Below are positions 52,317-64,000 of a DNA stretch of 64,000 nucleotides, in pieces. Origin of the DNA: Trichoplax adhaerens (taxonomy: Eukaryota; Animalia; Placozoa). The DNA lies in the NCBI RefSeq assembly GCF_000150275.1, contig NW_002060970.1, positions 456,197 to 520,196 of the forward strand. The letters run 5' to 3'. The position numbers were made by a program, and so were the translations under genes. Positions within the stretch are counted from its first letter, which is position 1. Each line of letters opens with the position of its first letter. Under the pieces are notes generated by a model. It ran no database searches. It was not told the DNA's origin and saw only the letters and a program-made list of their open reading frames with translations.

Positions 52317-52967
52317 ATGCAATCATAATAGCTGCTTTACCTTTTACACATTTTTTTCTGCTTTGATGGCGTCATACTTAACAGCATCATTCGCTATACG
52401 ATTATTCGTGGTTCTAGTCTTCATGTTGCTATATGTATAGTTCATATATATATATGTTCATATGTAATATGGCAAAATCCGATATGCTTGCGTTAGTAGG
52501 AATGATTATTTATTTATTTTTGACCGCTATAACTGTCGGTAATTCCGATTGTTCATTGCTTCTTGAAATTTTCTGCAAAGGTTCAATTTACTTACTTAAT
52601 GTAAGTTTCTCTATTTCTGCTATTTCATTATCTAATATCAGTATAGATCGTTATATTATTATAAGCGATCGAAGGACTTTACAAGATCTTTATCAACGGT
52701 AAAAATGAAGATTAATTATATAAACATGTTGGATATACCCATTAGGCATTGGTATACGTATCATTCCTTTTCTCTTCGTACCTCAAGACGGTTCATTTAA
52801 TGTGATATTCGCAATTTCGATCCAAATTATAACGTTCCATTTATGATGGTATATTATATATTAAAATATCATATGCCTTTAATTAATATGGCCATTACGA
52901 ATATAAAAATAGTAAGATATATTTACAAGCAAAACAGCCAACGTGATGGAACAAGACAAACTCAGAT
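52317..52967 (+). pseudogene. GPCR pseudogene, paralog of 40615 gene; runs into an assembly gap
   Basis: CNMAKSD, CKGSIYLL, SIDRYIII and NYNVPFMMVYYIL recognisable; N-terminal deletion and several frameshifts; upstream 51600-52310 matches 39870-40610. Confidence 0.9.
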
Positions 52968-53017
52968 NNNNNNNNNNNNNNNNNNNNNNNNNNNNNNNNN
53001 NNNNNNNNNNNNNNNNN
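52968..53017. other. Assembly gap (50 N)
   Basis: N run. Confidence 1.
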
Positions 53018-53909
53018 ATAGAGCATATTGAATTGCGTTTATATGGACCGAATGAAGTGATTTCTCTAAATTTAAACCCATTATCCGGCTCATCTTCCTC
53101 GCTTTTAAAGCTTCTTATAAGGCAAGAAAAGTTGATTCTCCGATAGCCATAATAAATAATGATTTTAAATGCAGAACTAATCATTTGCTATATCTTAAAC
53201 TAGAGTTTTACTTGATTTTAGCAACTTGAATTTTATATTAATAAAATGCGAAACTAAAGAATAAAAACCCGTTCATTTCACAGAAACTACAATCAGTTGC
53301 ACCAGGCCTGAATATTGTTATTTATTTAATAAATTAAATAATAGTTTAATAAGCTTAAAGATGAAATAGGTATTATGATTAGGAAGCAAACCAATGCTAT
53401 TTAGATTAATGGTGTTATCTGTAATACTTATGTATCACTACAATCTCATAAGATTATCTAAATTTGAGAATTGGTATAGATGGCAGATTTAAAAATCATG
53501 ATGAAGTATCATTTCAAATTTGCAGCATAAAATATATTGCAATCAAAATTCATTGGTCATGTAGTAATTTCATAACCAGAAAAATTTGCATTATGCCTGT
53601 TAGAATATTTTATTACAATATTTAACCGTAAAATTAAAATACAATGGTTAAATGCACTATAGAAAAACGCTAAATAATAAGGATAAATGGGTTGACGTAC
53701 AATAGGAAGTACGGTACAATAGAGTTAATACTCTGGTTATTTATTTATTATTTCATAAAATTATTTCGTTTTCTTATTTTAGCTTATTATCTTACCATAC
53801 CATAGCAATCCTTATTTAATAATAATAGGTGAAAGTCAGATATAAATTTCTCTGATGTAAAATAGTTGTATCACATTTATGCTCCAAGTATATAGGTGTA
53901 AAAGGAATT

Positions 53910-54938
53910 ATGAATAGATCCACTATCTTAAATTTGGAAAAAACATCCGTAAATCTTTCGGTCTCATTTGGTAATAGAACTAACAGCCCTGTATCTTCAT
54001 CTTTTTCTGCGTTAGTTCTATCAGGGTTGACTTTGTTCGGGCTTATTACCAACGGATTAATTTGTTTGGCTATAACAAAAACGAAAAAACTTCATACACC
54101 AACATTTTATTTAGTCTTTAATATGGCTATATCAGATTGTATATTTCTCGTCTCTGGATTATCAGCAGCATCATTAAATGCCATCTTATCAAGCAAAACT
54201 CTTTCAGTCTTATCCGCATCTATAGCTTGCAAATTAGTCGGTTTTGCCAACGTATGTAGTGTAATTGCATCGACATTAACCCTAAGTGCCATCAGTATTG
54301 ATCGAAATTTTATTTTAACTACGAAAAGTTGTCGAAGAACTCTCTTTAATTCTTACTGGAAATTAGCTATTCTTATTGGATTGATCTGGTCGATTGGTAC
54401 TATTGCAGCAATACCATTTGCAGTCTTGATGACAATTTATCCATCATCGCGAATGTGTGATATCATGAACAGAAGAAGAACTTTTAACGTAACTTATTTT
54501 ATCCTTCTTCTTATAGTAGCCTGCATAATACCGGCGATTATAGTTATGACTAAGTACGCTAAAATAATGAGTGTGCTAGCTAAAGGAATCGACAGTCGAA
54601 GGACTTTATCGACTTTTGAATTGACTAGAAAGCATCATATTAAACTCATTAAATCGCTGTCTATCGTGACTATAATATTTTTGTCATTAACTTGTCCTAT
54701 ATTAATCGTTTATATTATCTTTGCTTTTTCTGGTCAAAGTTCATTTAACTACATGCTCAGCCTATCTCAAACTCAAGCTCAAATAATACAAATTTGTTTT
54801 ATTGTTGGATATTTTTCTTGTTTAGCAAATCCAATTATTTACTTTTGTATGAATACAACATTAAGACAAGCTTTAACTTGTAAATTGCAATGCCGCTGTC
54901 GAGTTCAGTCTACTATTCATATGGTACCAGTTTATTAA
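53910..54938 (+). CDS. Intronless class A GPCR, 342 aa
   Basis: LHTPTFYLVFNMAISD, SIDRNF, LTCP, NPIIY. Confidence 0.95.
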   Translation: MNRSTILNLEKTSVNLSVSFGNRTNSPVSSSFSALVLSGLTLFGLITNGLICLAITKTKKLHTPTFYLVFNMAISDCIFLVSGLSAASLNAILSSKTLSVLSASIACKLVGFANVCSVIASTLTLSAISIDRNFILTTKSCRRTLFNSYWKLAILIGLIWSIGTIAAIPFAVLMTIYPSSRMCDIMNRRRTFNVTYFILLLIVACIIPAIIVMTKYAKIMSVLAKGIDSRRTLSTFELTRKHHIKLIKSLSIVTIIFLSLTCPILIVYIIFAFSGQSSFNYMLSLSQTQAQIIQICFIVGYFSCLANPIIYFCMNTTLRQALTCKLQCRCRVQSTIHMVPVY

Positions 54939-56819
54939 CTGAATATAGAAATACATTATACCCGCTGCGCTTGAAATTACTTCCGCTATCATGGTTAATT
55001 TTAAGATTGATTGAAAATTATTTACGTCTGTAGGGTTCCATATAGAAAAATTGATTCTCTTTTTCAAAAGAATACTCTAACGACTCTAATATCAAATCCT
55101 ATGGAACTACGTATCAATAATCAGTAGTATAAGCATTACTGAAAAAGTTAATCTTTTTATCGAATTCTTCGTACAGTTTCGCAGGAACTATTTAGGAATA
55201 TGTCGTTAGATTTTATCCTTATTAGATAAATTTTCGTTACGCGATATAAATACTAATACTAAAAATTTCAAGTATGAACACCGAACTTCAATTACTTATA
55301 ACTGTCAGGAAAGTCGACTCATTCGGTGTTAGAATTCATTAGTTTTAATGACGATCTGATCTCTACATTAAATAGTTTTAAATTTTAATGTCTTACTTTA
55401 TATACCTGTAAAGACCTTAATCTTTCTGCTATCCTTTCACTTACACCTGATTATTACTGCATTAACCACTTTTTGCTTTACTCTATCGAAGTTACATATA
55501 TTACGGTCTTGGAATTTGTGTTTAAATGCTAAGTGTTAGATCTATCCTCAGCTCCAAATATTTAATTATTAAGGATATTTATATTTCGAACTCCTAATAA
55601 TTAACTACTGCCCCAAATGCAATGAAATAAGAAATCATGATAGAATGGAATAGGCTTTCTCTCAATGTTAGGTCCATTTCTGACGTTACTGTCATCGTGA
55701 ATAATTCATTCTTACTTGACAGCTTAAATTAATTTTTAAATCATTGTATAAATATTAAATAAATCGATACTCAAGTTAATTTACGGAGTGCATGCATTTT
55801 CTTCGTTTAATAATAATAATTACTATTAATAAAGATTTGCAGGTGAGATTTGTATAAACTTGGTATTACAAATCTCCTTTGTAACTAGAAAACGAGTCTT
55901 AAACACTATCTTTACTAGTACTCGTGTTCCCAACTAACTTAATTTTGCTTTAGCTAACTGAATTACTTCGATGATGTTATTAAACTAAATATAGAGTGTT
56001 CATTAAGAAGTAAGCAAAAATGCAAATCTTTACGGATTGACTTTAATCTAAATTATTACATTAAATGAGAAAGTTAATACTGAATAAATTTTCCCTGGTA
56101 CTATTGAAATAGACTATGGAATTCTTTCACAGCAATTTCTATGTATCGACGCCAAATTAGACAGAAAATAGACGGTATAATCAAACTATAATAATGTACA
56201 TGATATACTTTGGCACTTAGAATCATGGCTAACATTGCGTAGTAATTTCCGCTAATTATAGTAGTTATGCGTTAAGGAATAGAGAAATAGTGAGCAGTAC
56301 AGAACTTTATGTTATCATAAAGTGTAAATGATGGCTAGTATTGTGAAATTTCTCTCATGCACCATATATTACAAGTAATTTTTCGGAAGATTTAGGGTCC
56401 ATCATAATCGCAGTAGATTATCTGAGTTAAATTAGCGGAATTGTAGAGTTTATTGGAATCAGCGCAAAAAGAAAAACGGTGTGAAATTAGAACGTTTATA
56501 ACGAAATGACTAGTCGAATAGCTCTGGTAATATAAAATAGGTTAAGCGTGCAAGATTACCATGTAAATAGCAGAACTAAATAGCGAGATACATCTACGAT
56601 GATTGCTTTTATAACGTAAGAAGCAGACTAAGAATTATTTTTAAAACGCAAATGATTAATGAAAATACCTTACTTTCAAATGAAGAATTTTTAGGATACA
56701 ATCAAACTAGAGTATACTCAGCTTTCCATAAAGTGGATTATTGAATATAGATTACACAAATAAGAAGTTATACAACAGTCTGGTGGAAATTGTATTTTAT
56801 TAAGAACAGACTATACCAT

Positions 56820-57173
56820 TGTCACAAATCCCACTTGTGATTTGGTTAGGTCAGGTGCTATAGTAATTGTGTATGTCTTCCACTAACTTGGAAGTCTTAT
56901 TCTAGGGTAAAACTAACTCTTTCCTCACAGTCACACAACTACTCAGGTTTCTTTCAGACCACTAGCACTTTTTATTCACCAGTCATTTGGTTTCTAGTCT
57001 CTACTAGTTCGTCTTAGCCCGGAGCGACTACTGCCGGCGAATGGCAATTCGCTCGGCGTTTTATACCTTCCCCACTCATTTGTGGGGCATACTAGTAAAC
57101 TGCTCCTTCCACAAATTGTATAAGTTACTATAGGGAATTACTCCCAGACAATTAACATGACTTAGTATGAGCT
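56820..57173 (-). mobile_element. LTR family D, truncated copy
   Basis: Highly similar to 28727-29080; lacks the last ~85 bp. Confidence 0.88.
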
Positions 57174-58379
57174 TTAAAAGTAAAGCTATACTATGTAAGG
57201 CCGTTCTGGCAGCCTCATTAAATCATTAAATGTTGTTGTTAAGCAATGTACTTATGTGATTGATGGCTCTTATGTAGAGGGGTATTTGATTGTAATATTG
57301 TAATATTTATAAGCTGTATGGTATTGTTATGGTAGAGATTTCACCATATGCCGATTATCCAGTTTATCTTAGCCAATTGCAACTGTTTCTTGAGAGAAAG
57401 ATATTAGAATTATTCTACAACAGATGAGCGCAATAAACGTTATTTCGAAAGTCAAAAACACGTTCTTGACCGTTTGTGACACATTTTTAAACGCTCAAAT
57501 TTTGAGTTATCGAATTGCGAACCTAAGGTTAAGAGCGTATACGCAGCATTATGCTTTCATATTGGGCGAGGTAATCAAGATTTAGTTAATTAGGTTGTTA
57601 CTACTAACATTTTTATCACCGTTAATGTTTACTATATCTTATAATAATTCATTCAATATCAATGCAATTACTTATAATCTAGAAGAAATTAGCAATGAGA
57701 TGCAAGTAGAACGTTTTATTCATCAAAGGATGTAAAGTATTATTATTTAATTTCATATTTATAATTCAGTTAAAAAATAAAACATTGATGTTGTTATCAG
57801 TTCTAGTATTATTATAGGATATTGCTATACCTATAATAAAAAAACAAATTAAGGTGGTGCTCAAATATTTGCAATTCCTAAACAAATGAAGGAAAAGCAA
57901 AATAGAAATCAAGTATAGTATCCTACACTAATCTCCGTGTTTGCTTACATGGACAATATCTAGGATTAATAAATATTATTTTCTCACAATAGACTAATAA
58001 AGGGCAAGGTAGATGTAGGGACTTCTTTTAATCTTGCATGTTTCCTTTAATAGATGACTGTAATTAGATCAATTTCAGAATTGGCATTGTATGAAAAGAA
58101 GAAATAAATATCTGTTAAATGTTGTAACTACGGTAAAGTATAGTAGCTCCAATACTTATTGATGATGAGAGTGTAATCTAATTAATCAATATAATACCAA
58201 GACATACTTAGAATGCATAATACCTTCTAAATTCCATAGCTCAATCCCTCTACTTCTGGATTGATTATTTCATAATACTACCGTAATAAATTCATTTCAA
58301 GCGTTTACTGTTACTCAATTGATGAGAATACTAGCAATTAAAATATGTGTAATTAATTTATTAATAGATCACTGATACG

Positions 58380-58757
58380 ATGATATCTTCAAATGCATAC
58401 GGAAAAAATTCAACCGTAGCACTTTGCATATCGTCTAGCGATAAAAGTATCAGAGAAATCAATCCTTAAATTACTGTGCCTTTTATGCTAATGATTACGT
58501 TATTTGGCTGTACTACCAACGGCTTGAGTTGCAAGGTGATTCTCAAGAGGCAAAAATCTCACACACCAATATTTCGCTTAGTCTTTAATATGGCCAATTT
58601 AGATAGTCAGATTCTTCTAACTAGATTACTAATGCCATTACTTAATACGGTCCTATCCATGACAGAAATGGCAAATTTGTTTTCGACTATAGGTTGTAAA
58701 TTGATATTCTTTATCAAGTCAATTCGCTTAAATTTCTCTATACTACTTAAGCTCTAA
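58380..58757 (+). pseudogene. Truncated GPCR pseudogene (N-terminus to TM3)
   Basis: MISSNAYGKNST...INP*ITVPFMLMITLFGCTTNGL...SHTPIFRLVFNMANLD...GCKLIFF; in-frame stop; no TM4-7 recognisable. Confidence 0.85.
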
Positions 58758-59285
58758 AGACCATTTAATAAAATCATTCCACTAGTTGTGTAACTTAGAT
58801 GCCTTTGCGTTTAAGTTCCTATGAGTAGTCAAGTAATACTGAATCCCTAAAGCTTTAGAAATTTAGAGACTTGTTTTACGTGAACCTTGCCGCAAAGCTC
58901 GTTTGTGGCAACATGATAAAAGGTAAGGTAGAATTTATGAATTTTAAAGAACAGCTGAAGTTTCTTTATTACGCATACGTGGAACAATTTCCAAGAAACT
59001 CCTATCTATTTGGTACTAAATTAAGTCATTTTCATTTGCAGCTAAAATATTACGTATAATCCTATTCAGTATTTCCTGTAAGATCTCTTCCTAACTTATT
59101 TCTGTGGCGTATTAAAATATTCCCCGGGATGAACCGTATGGCATCTATCAACATAGTTATCTAATATCTTAATCTTATTGATTAGTTACACCCGAAAGTA
59201 TCGATTAAGTATTTAAGATAGATCAAATCGAGTGATGCAATATTGCTGCTGCAAACGGAAGCATTTAGATCTACTCTTTTGCCAA

Positions 59286-60074
59286 TGTAATGAAGGTTGA
59301 TTTTTAGAATTTTCCTTCAAATTCAAGTCTTGCAATTATTCTAGCTTAATGAACATTATTTATTTGGTTGATTATAATAGCAAATTTTACTTAGTATCTT
59401 AGTATACTGTAAACCCGATTGCTTTATTCGGGTTAGAAGTTAAGATAATCCGTAGCATAATTTTTGTTAAGAATCAGATATTATGATTTTATAATTCAAG
59501 CGATATATTTAGTTAATAGAATACACAGTATGTGTGCTAATTTTGATCATTAATTACAGTAGAAGTTACTGTTAATTTGCAATTTCATACATTATGAACC
59601 TAAAACATTTGATCTGAGATTGTTCTTTTATTTTTGCGTATACTGAAGAAATGTACAGTTTAAAGCTAAACTATACTTAATATTAATTTAGTAGTTTTAG
59701 GGAGTCTAGGGTATAATTTATCTTATCATGTGCGTTTGATTGCTAGTTTAATTTGAATTACTTTAGAATGATAGTCTACTATCATCAAATGCTCAGCGTA
59801 GCATATCAAAGATAGCGTAGTTCAGTCATTTAGTGGAGTTGAAGTTAGAGAAGACAAGAAAACTCGTGGATAATCGTGAATTATCTCATTAATTGATAGT
59901 TTGCTTCGTTTGGGCAGGGGCAGTTTTGCCCGTATTTTATTATTCATTTTAAGAAGTTTTGCTAAGATTGTTGTTAAAGTTATAAAAAACTGGTGTTGTT
60001 CCCCTAATTTATTTTATTTGGACTTCAATTGTTGGAAGTTCAATTTAATTTAGTAAATTTAATTTTTTTGTACT
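59286..60074 (+). mobile_element. LTR-like family G
   Basis: Starts TGTAAT; flanks gccaa/accaa; absent from the paralogous segment at ~45090; homolog at 1-615. Confidence 0.65.
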
Positions 60075-60600
60075 ACCAATACTACTCCAAGATTAATTCG
60101 ATCAGAATTGTTGATGTTGAAGTAGAAAATGACTCATACCTGCTATTCTACATGGCTATGTGAATTATTATTGAATATATTTCCTATTTGATAATCAAAT
60201 AATTATTTACTGTTTTTATTAATGTACTGCTATCTTTCTTATCCTTAAAGTTAATTAAAATATAAAACGATGCTGAAAGATTCTATGAAATTTAAATTGA
60301 GGATCTTGTCAATCCACATTCCATTTCCGATGCGTGTTATCTTATATTTTCTTATGCATGATAATTTAATAATATATTACAGTAAGACCTTACCATGCTG
60401 AAAATTCTTAAGAACGGTGATTACTTAATTATTCAATTTACTTCATATTGTATTATCAAATCATATTAATGTCATTTTACGTATGCCACGCTATTAAACC
60501 GAATTCTGACTGTCTATTAACCTAAAACTAGAATATATTCCAATTAATTTCTACGGGTTTAGCTAGTAAGTATTGATAGCTGTCATAATTATAGTGAAAG

Positions 60601-61190
60601 TATCACAAAAAGCTTGCAACAAGATAATGTAATGTACGATCAATAATTCAATTCCTTGAACCATGTATCAAGGAACGATATCTGTACTATTGGGAACACT
60701 TTTGCTCTACTAGCAGACTACACAAAGACTTAGACGTCTCGTATTTTACGTTAAACACTTAGTTTAAGAACTAACTTTTTTTACACAATTTACAGCATTT
60801 ATATACTCTTCCGCAATAGTCCTTGATACATAGTTAGTACGATTAACTTTGGAATCATTCACTGAATTAGACATTAATTTAGCTACCGCTCCCTAATGCA
60901 GACAACAGCAATTATGTACTTAGACATCTAATGACTAGTACAGAATAGTCAGATTACGATATATCCTATCACGGAACATTTCTGCGATAATTTACAATCT
61001 ACTAATAGTAAGTTACAATCGCAATAATTCGAACTGTAAGTAGATAATTGGCATTCCCTAATATAACGATTAATTTCAATATATGTATATGTGTGTCAAT
61101 GTCATAAAAAGCCAGTGCTATATTAAAAGACAGTATATCCAAATTAGAAGTTAAATAAATAAAAATAAGCTAGCAAAATTATCCTGACAT
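60601..61190 (-). mobile_element. LTR-like family F, copy 2 (inverted)
   Basis: ttgctctactagcagactacacaaagactta is the reverse complement of ~15486-15516; may extend to TGTCACA near 61229. Confidence 0.7.
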
Positions 61191-63000
61191 AAATATTTCT
61201 ACTTTAGTACTGTATATAACACTGTCACAAAAAACTATAAATGTAAAGCTTTAGGGCTTGAACTTAAAATCTTTCCAAAATATAATATTTGCTAGTGTTA
61301 CTATTGTAACAATGATACAATCAATCTAAATTTGCCCCATATATTTCATAATCGATAAGCATTGATCTGTAGATAAGAAATAAATCAGTATATAATTATT
61401 AGGAATCTTCAAGTCTACCGATCTACCAGCCTACCGCTCTTTTATGTAGTCTATTGCCTATATTCCTACATAGCTTTATTTAATATAATGTTTATAGACG
61501 ATAGCAGGCAAAAAGTAACCTCTTGCTTGTATTATTTGCATCATGAACGTAAAAGATCTTAATAGACAGTTAGAGTAAAGTTCCGTCAACGAGCAAAATA
61601 CTAATATAATTCTTTAATACTGAATAGAGCTTTAAATGGGAATGTTGGATTAAGTTTATATAAGCCGAGAGAAACTTTTGTAGTAGAGTTTAAGCCGATT
61701 ATTCAGTTCAATGTACTCGATTTTAATTAGTCTTATGGAGGAAAGAAAAAATTGGTTATCGATAGTCATATTCATAGTAAACACACTACAGTTATTTTTA
61801 AAGTTAAATAACTGCCGTTCTAACCATTTCGAATACCTTACGATGTAGGTTTGCTTAATTTTAATAACTCGAATTTTAGTATTGCTGAAATACGAACCTC
61901 AGAGAATAAAAATCCCTTCATTACGCAGAACGTAGCAGTTTCAGCATATTACAGTAGTAATTGAAGTACGGTAGCATTAAGAAATAGAATGGTCTACTAT
62001 GCTTATTAGGTATTTACATGATTGCTGACAATAAAATGGTGTACTTATACAACTCACTGTATTTGCGTAAAAGGCAGCAGTAGACGGCTATACAAGGTGA
62101 TGTTTTCGTGTAATGTCTTACTGTAACTATTAGATAATATGGAGTTGTTATCGTTGAGATAAACTCGATTCTCCGGCTTATCTTATACACTTTCGACAGT
62201 TATTATGATGGAAGAAACGAGGATTCTTCTCTTGTCCAGGGTTCTGTTGATAAACGATACTTTTTAAGGTTAAACACGGTATTTACTAAATCTTGTGTCA
62301 CTTTAAAGATTTTCTCCATTGTATCAACTCAGATTTTAAGCTAGACGATTGCGAGCCTAAGGGGTTGTAAGACCCAAGCATTACACAGAAACGTAAAATA
62401 GTTGTACTAATTTTGAAAATTATTATTTATTCCATAAATTAATAATAAGGTAAAACTAGCTCTAATTACTATACTTACGAAGTAAACCAATCTTATTTAG
62501 ATTAAAATGGTCTTTTTTAATATATATTATTATAATCACATTAAATCAACTATACTGATAAATTAGCGTAGATAACAGATTTAAAAATCATGATGAGGCA
62601 GAGCTAAATGGCAATTTTAAAGCCTAAGTAATATTAAAAGCAAGTTAATTAATCATACAGTAATTTTACAGATAAAAAAAGCTGTATCATACCTATTAAA
62701 ATATTTTATGATTATATTGAACCATGATTTTAATTTGCATTAGTTTAATGTGGTATAGAAAAGCGCTAAATAATGAGAACAAATGAGTGAATAAGCAACA
62801 GCAAGTGTAGCACAGCGCAGTAAATTCTCCAGTTATTTATTTATTTTTTCATTTAATTATTTCATAATTTTGCATTTTATTATTTGCCTTGCCCACGCCT
62901 CTTTAAATAAATGATAGGTTGAAGTTCGGCTGACATAAATTAATTTATGATTTACCTGCTTTATGTATTACGCTGCAAGTATTATAGGTTATAGAGAAAT

Positions 63001-64000
63001 ATGGAAGGATCTACCGTCTCGAATTCCAAAATAGCATCCGCAAACCTTTCGACTTCCTTTAGTAATGGAAGTAGTAGCCCTGTATCGTTATCTTTTCCTC
63101 CCATAGTTCTATCAGGATTCACTTTGTTTGGGCTTATTACAAATGGATTAATTTGTTGGGCTACTGCCAAAACAAAAAGGCTTCATACACCAACATTTTG
63201 TTTAGTCGTTAATATGGCTATATCAGATTGTATAATTCTCGTCACCGGATTAGCGTCAACAATAATAAATGCAATTATGTCTAGTATGGCTATTTCAGTA
63301 ATATCCGCAACTATAGCTTGCAAATTAATTGGCTTTACAAATATATGTGGTGTGATTACATCGACATTGACCTTAAGCGCTATCAGTATTGATCGAACTC
63401 TTATTTTAACAACGAAAAGTCGCCGACGAACACTTTTTAATTCTAACAAGAAATTAAATATCCTTGTTGGATTAATCTGGCTGATTGCTGCTATTGTAGC
63501 ATTACCATTCGGAGTTTTAATGACAGTTTTTCCATCATCGCCAATATGCGATATCAAGAATATAAGTAGAACATTTAACGGAACTTATTTTATCATTCTT
63601 TTTATTGTAGCTTACATGATACCGGCGATTACAGTTATCATCATGTATACTAAAATAATTGTTGTACTAGCAAAAGGAATCAGTAAACAAAGGAATTCAT
63701 CAGCTTTTGAATTGATTAGAAAACATCATATTAAACTCATCAAAACGTTGTCTATCGTGACCGTAATATTTTTTTTGTTAGCTGGCCCTTTATTCATAAT
63801 TTATATTATTATAGCTCTATCGGGTAAAAGCGCATTTAATTACATGCTTAGTCTATCTCGACCTCAGGCTCAAATTTTACAAATTTGTTTTATTGCCTTA
63901 TATTTATCTTGTTTACTAAATCCAATTATTTATTTCTTCATGAATTCAACATTAAGACAAGCTTTAACTTGTAAATCGCAATGCTACGGTCGACTTCAAC
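63001..64000 (+). CDS. Intronless class A GPCR, 3'-incomplete at window edge; paralog of 53910 gene
   Basis: Hand translation is open from ATG 63001 to the window end: MEGSTVSNSK...LHTPTFCLVVNMAISD...SIDRTL...LAGP...NPIIYFFMNSTLRQAL; absent from the ORF track, presumably because no stop falls inside the window. Confidence 0.95.
   Translation, partial: MEGSTVSNSKIASANLSTSFSNGSSSPVSLSFPPIVLSGFTLFGLITNGLICWATAKTKRLHTPTFCLVVNMAISDCIILVTGLASTIINAIMSSMAISVISATIACKLIGFTNICGVITSTLTLSAISIDRTLILTTKSRRRTLFNSNKKLNILVGLIWLIAAIVALPFGVLMTVFPSSPICDIKNISRTFNGTYFIILFIVAYMIPAITVIIMYTKIIVVLAKGISKQRNSSAFELIRKHHIKLIKTLSIVTVIFFLLAGPLFIIYIIIALSGKSAFNYMLSLSRPQAQILQICFIALYLSCLLNPIIYFFMNSTLRQALTCKSQCYGRLQ

Noticed and set aside
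1151-59059. Short isolated ORFs (1151, 2616, 4750, 13791, 18448, 29422, 43862, 58871)
   Set aside because: No recognisable domains; several use non-ATG starts or lie within repeats; expected by chance
41355-63557. Minus-strand ORFs at 41355, 53816, 54107, 54873, 62982 and 63183
   Set aside because: Antisense shadows of GPCR coding sequence; similarity between them reflects the paralogous sense genes
6777-64000. Receptors as canonical opsins or vertebrate-type ORs
   Set aside because: No Lys at 7.43 (T, T, I, P, T, Y, Y); OR signatures MAYDRYVAIC and KAFSTC absent; no gene symbols assigned
1-64000. tRNA, rRNA or other structured RNA genes
   Set aside because: None recognised by eye; tRNAscan-SE and Infernal were not run

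Overview
AT-rich eukaryotic (animal) scaffold DNA with three N gaps. The taxon is most consistent with a placozoan such as Trichoplax; this is an inference from composition and gene type, not verified. The window is a head-to-tail tandem cluster of intronless class A (rhodopsin-like) GPCRs, all on the + strand. It holds 7 apparently intact genes (one runs off the window end and is missing from the ORF track), 5 pseudogenes or fragments, and one paralog whose CDS was almost entirely deleted. Intergenic DNA carries about 20 solo or partial LTR-like elements (TG...CA ends, many with 5-bp target-site duplications) from about 10 or more unrelated families, some nested and two inserted into GPCR copies. 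It also contains a decayed Tc1 DD34E transposon, a Helitron Rep fragment and probable Ty3/gypsy pol relics. Leads: (i) a hydrophobic antisense ORF of about 62 aa in the commonest LTR family, with a third-codon-position substitution bias; (ii) terminal hairpins conserved in structure but not sequence across unrelated LTR families; (iii) a receptor family that consistently lacks the TM6 toggle Trp and is undergoing birth-and-death evolution. All alignments and translations beyond the ORF track were done by eye.
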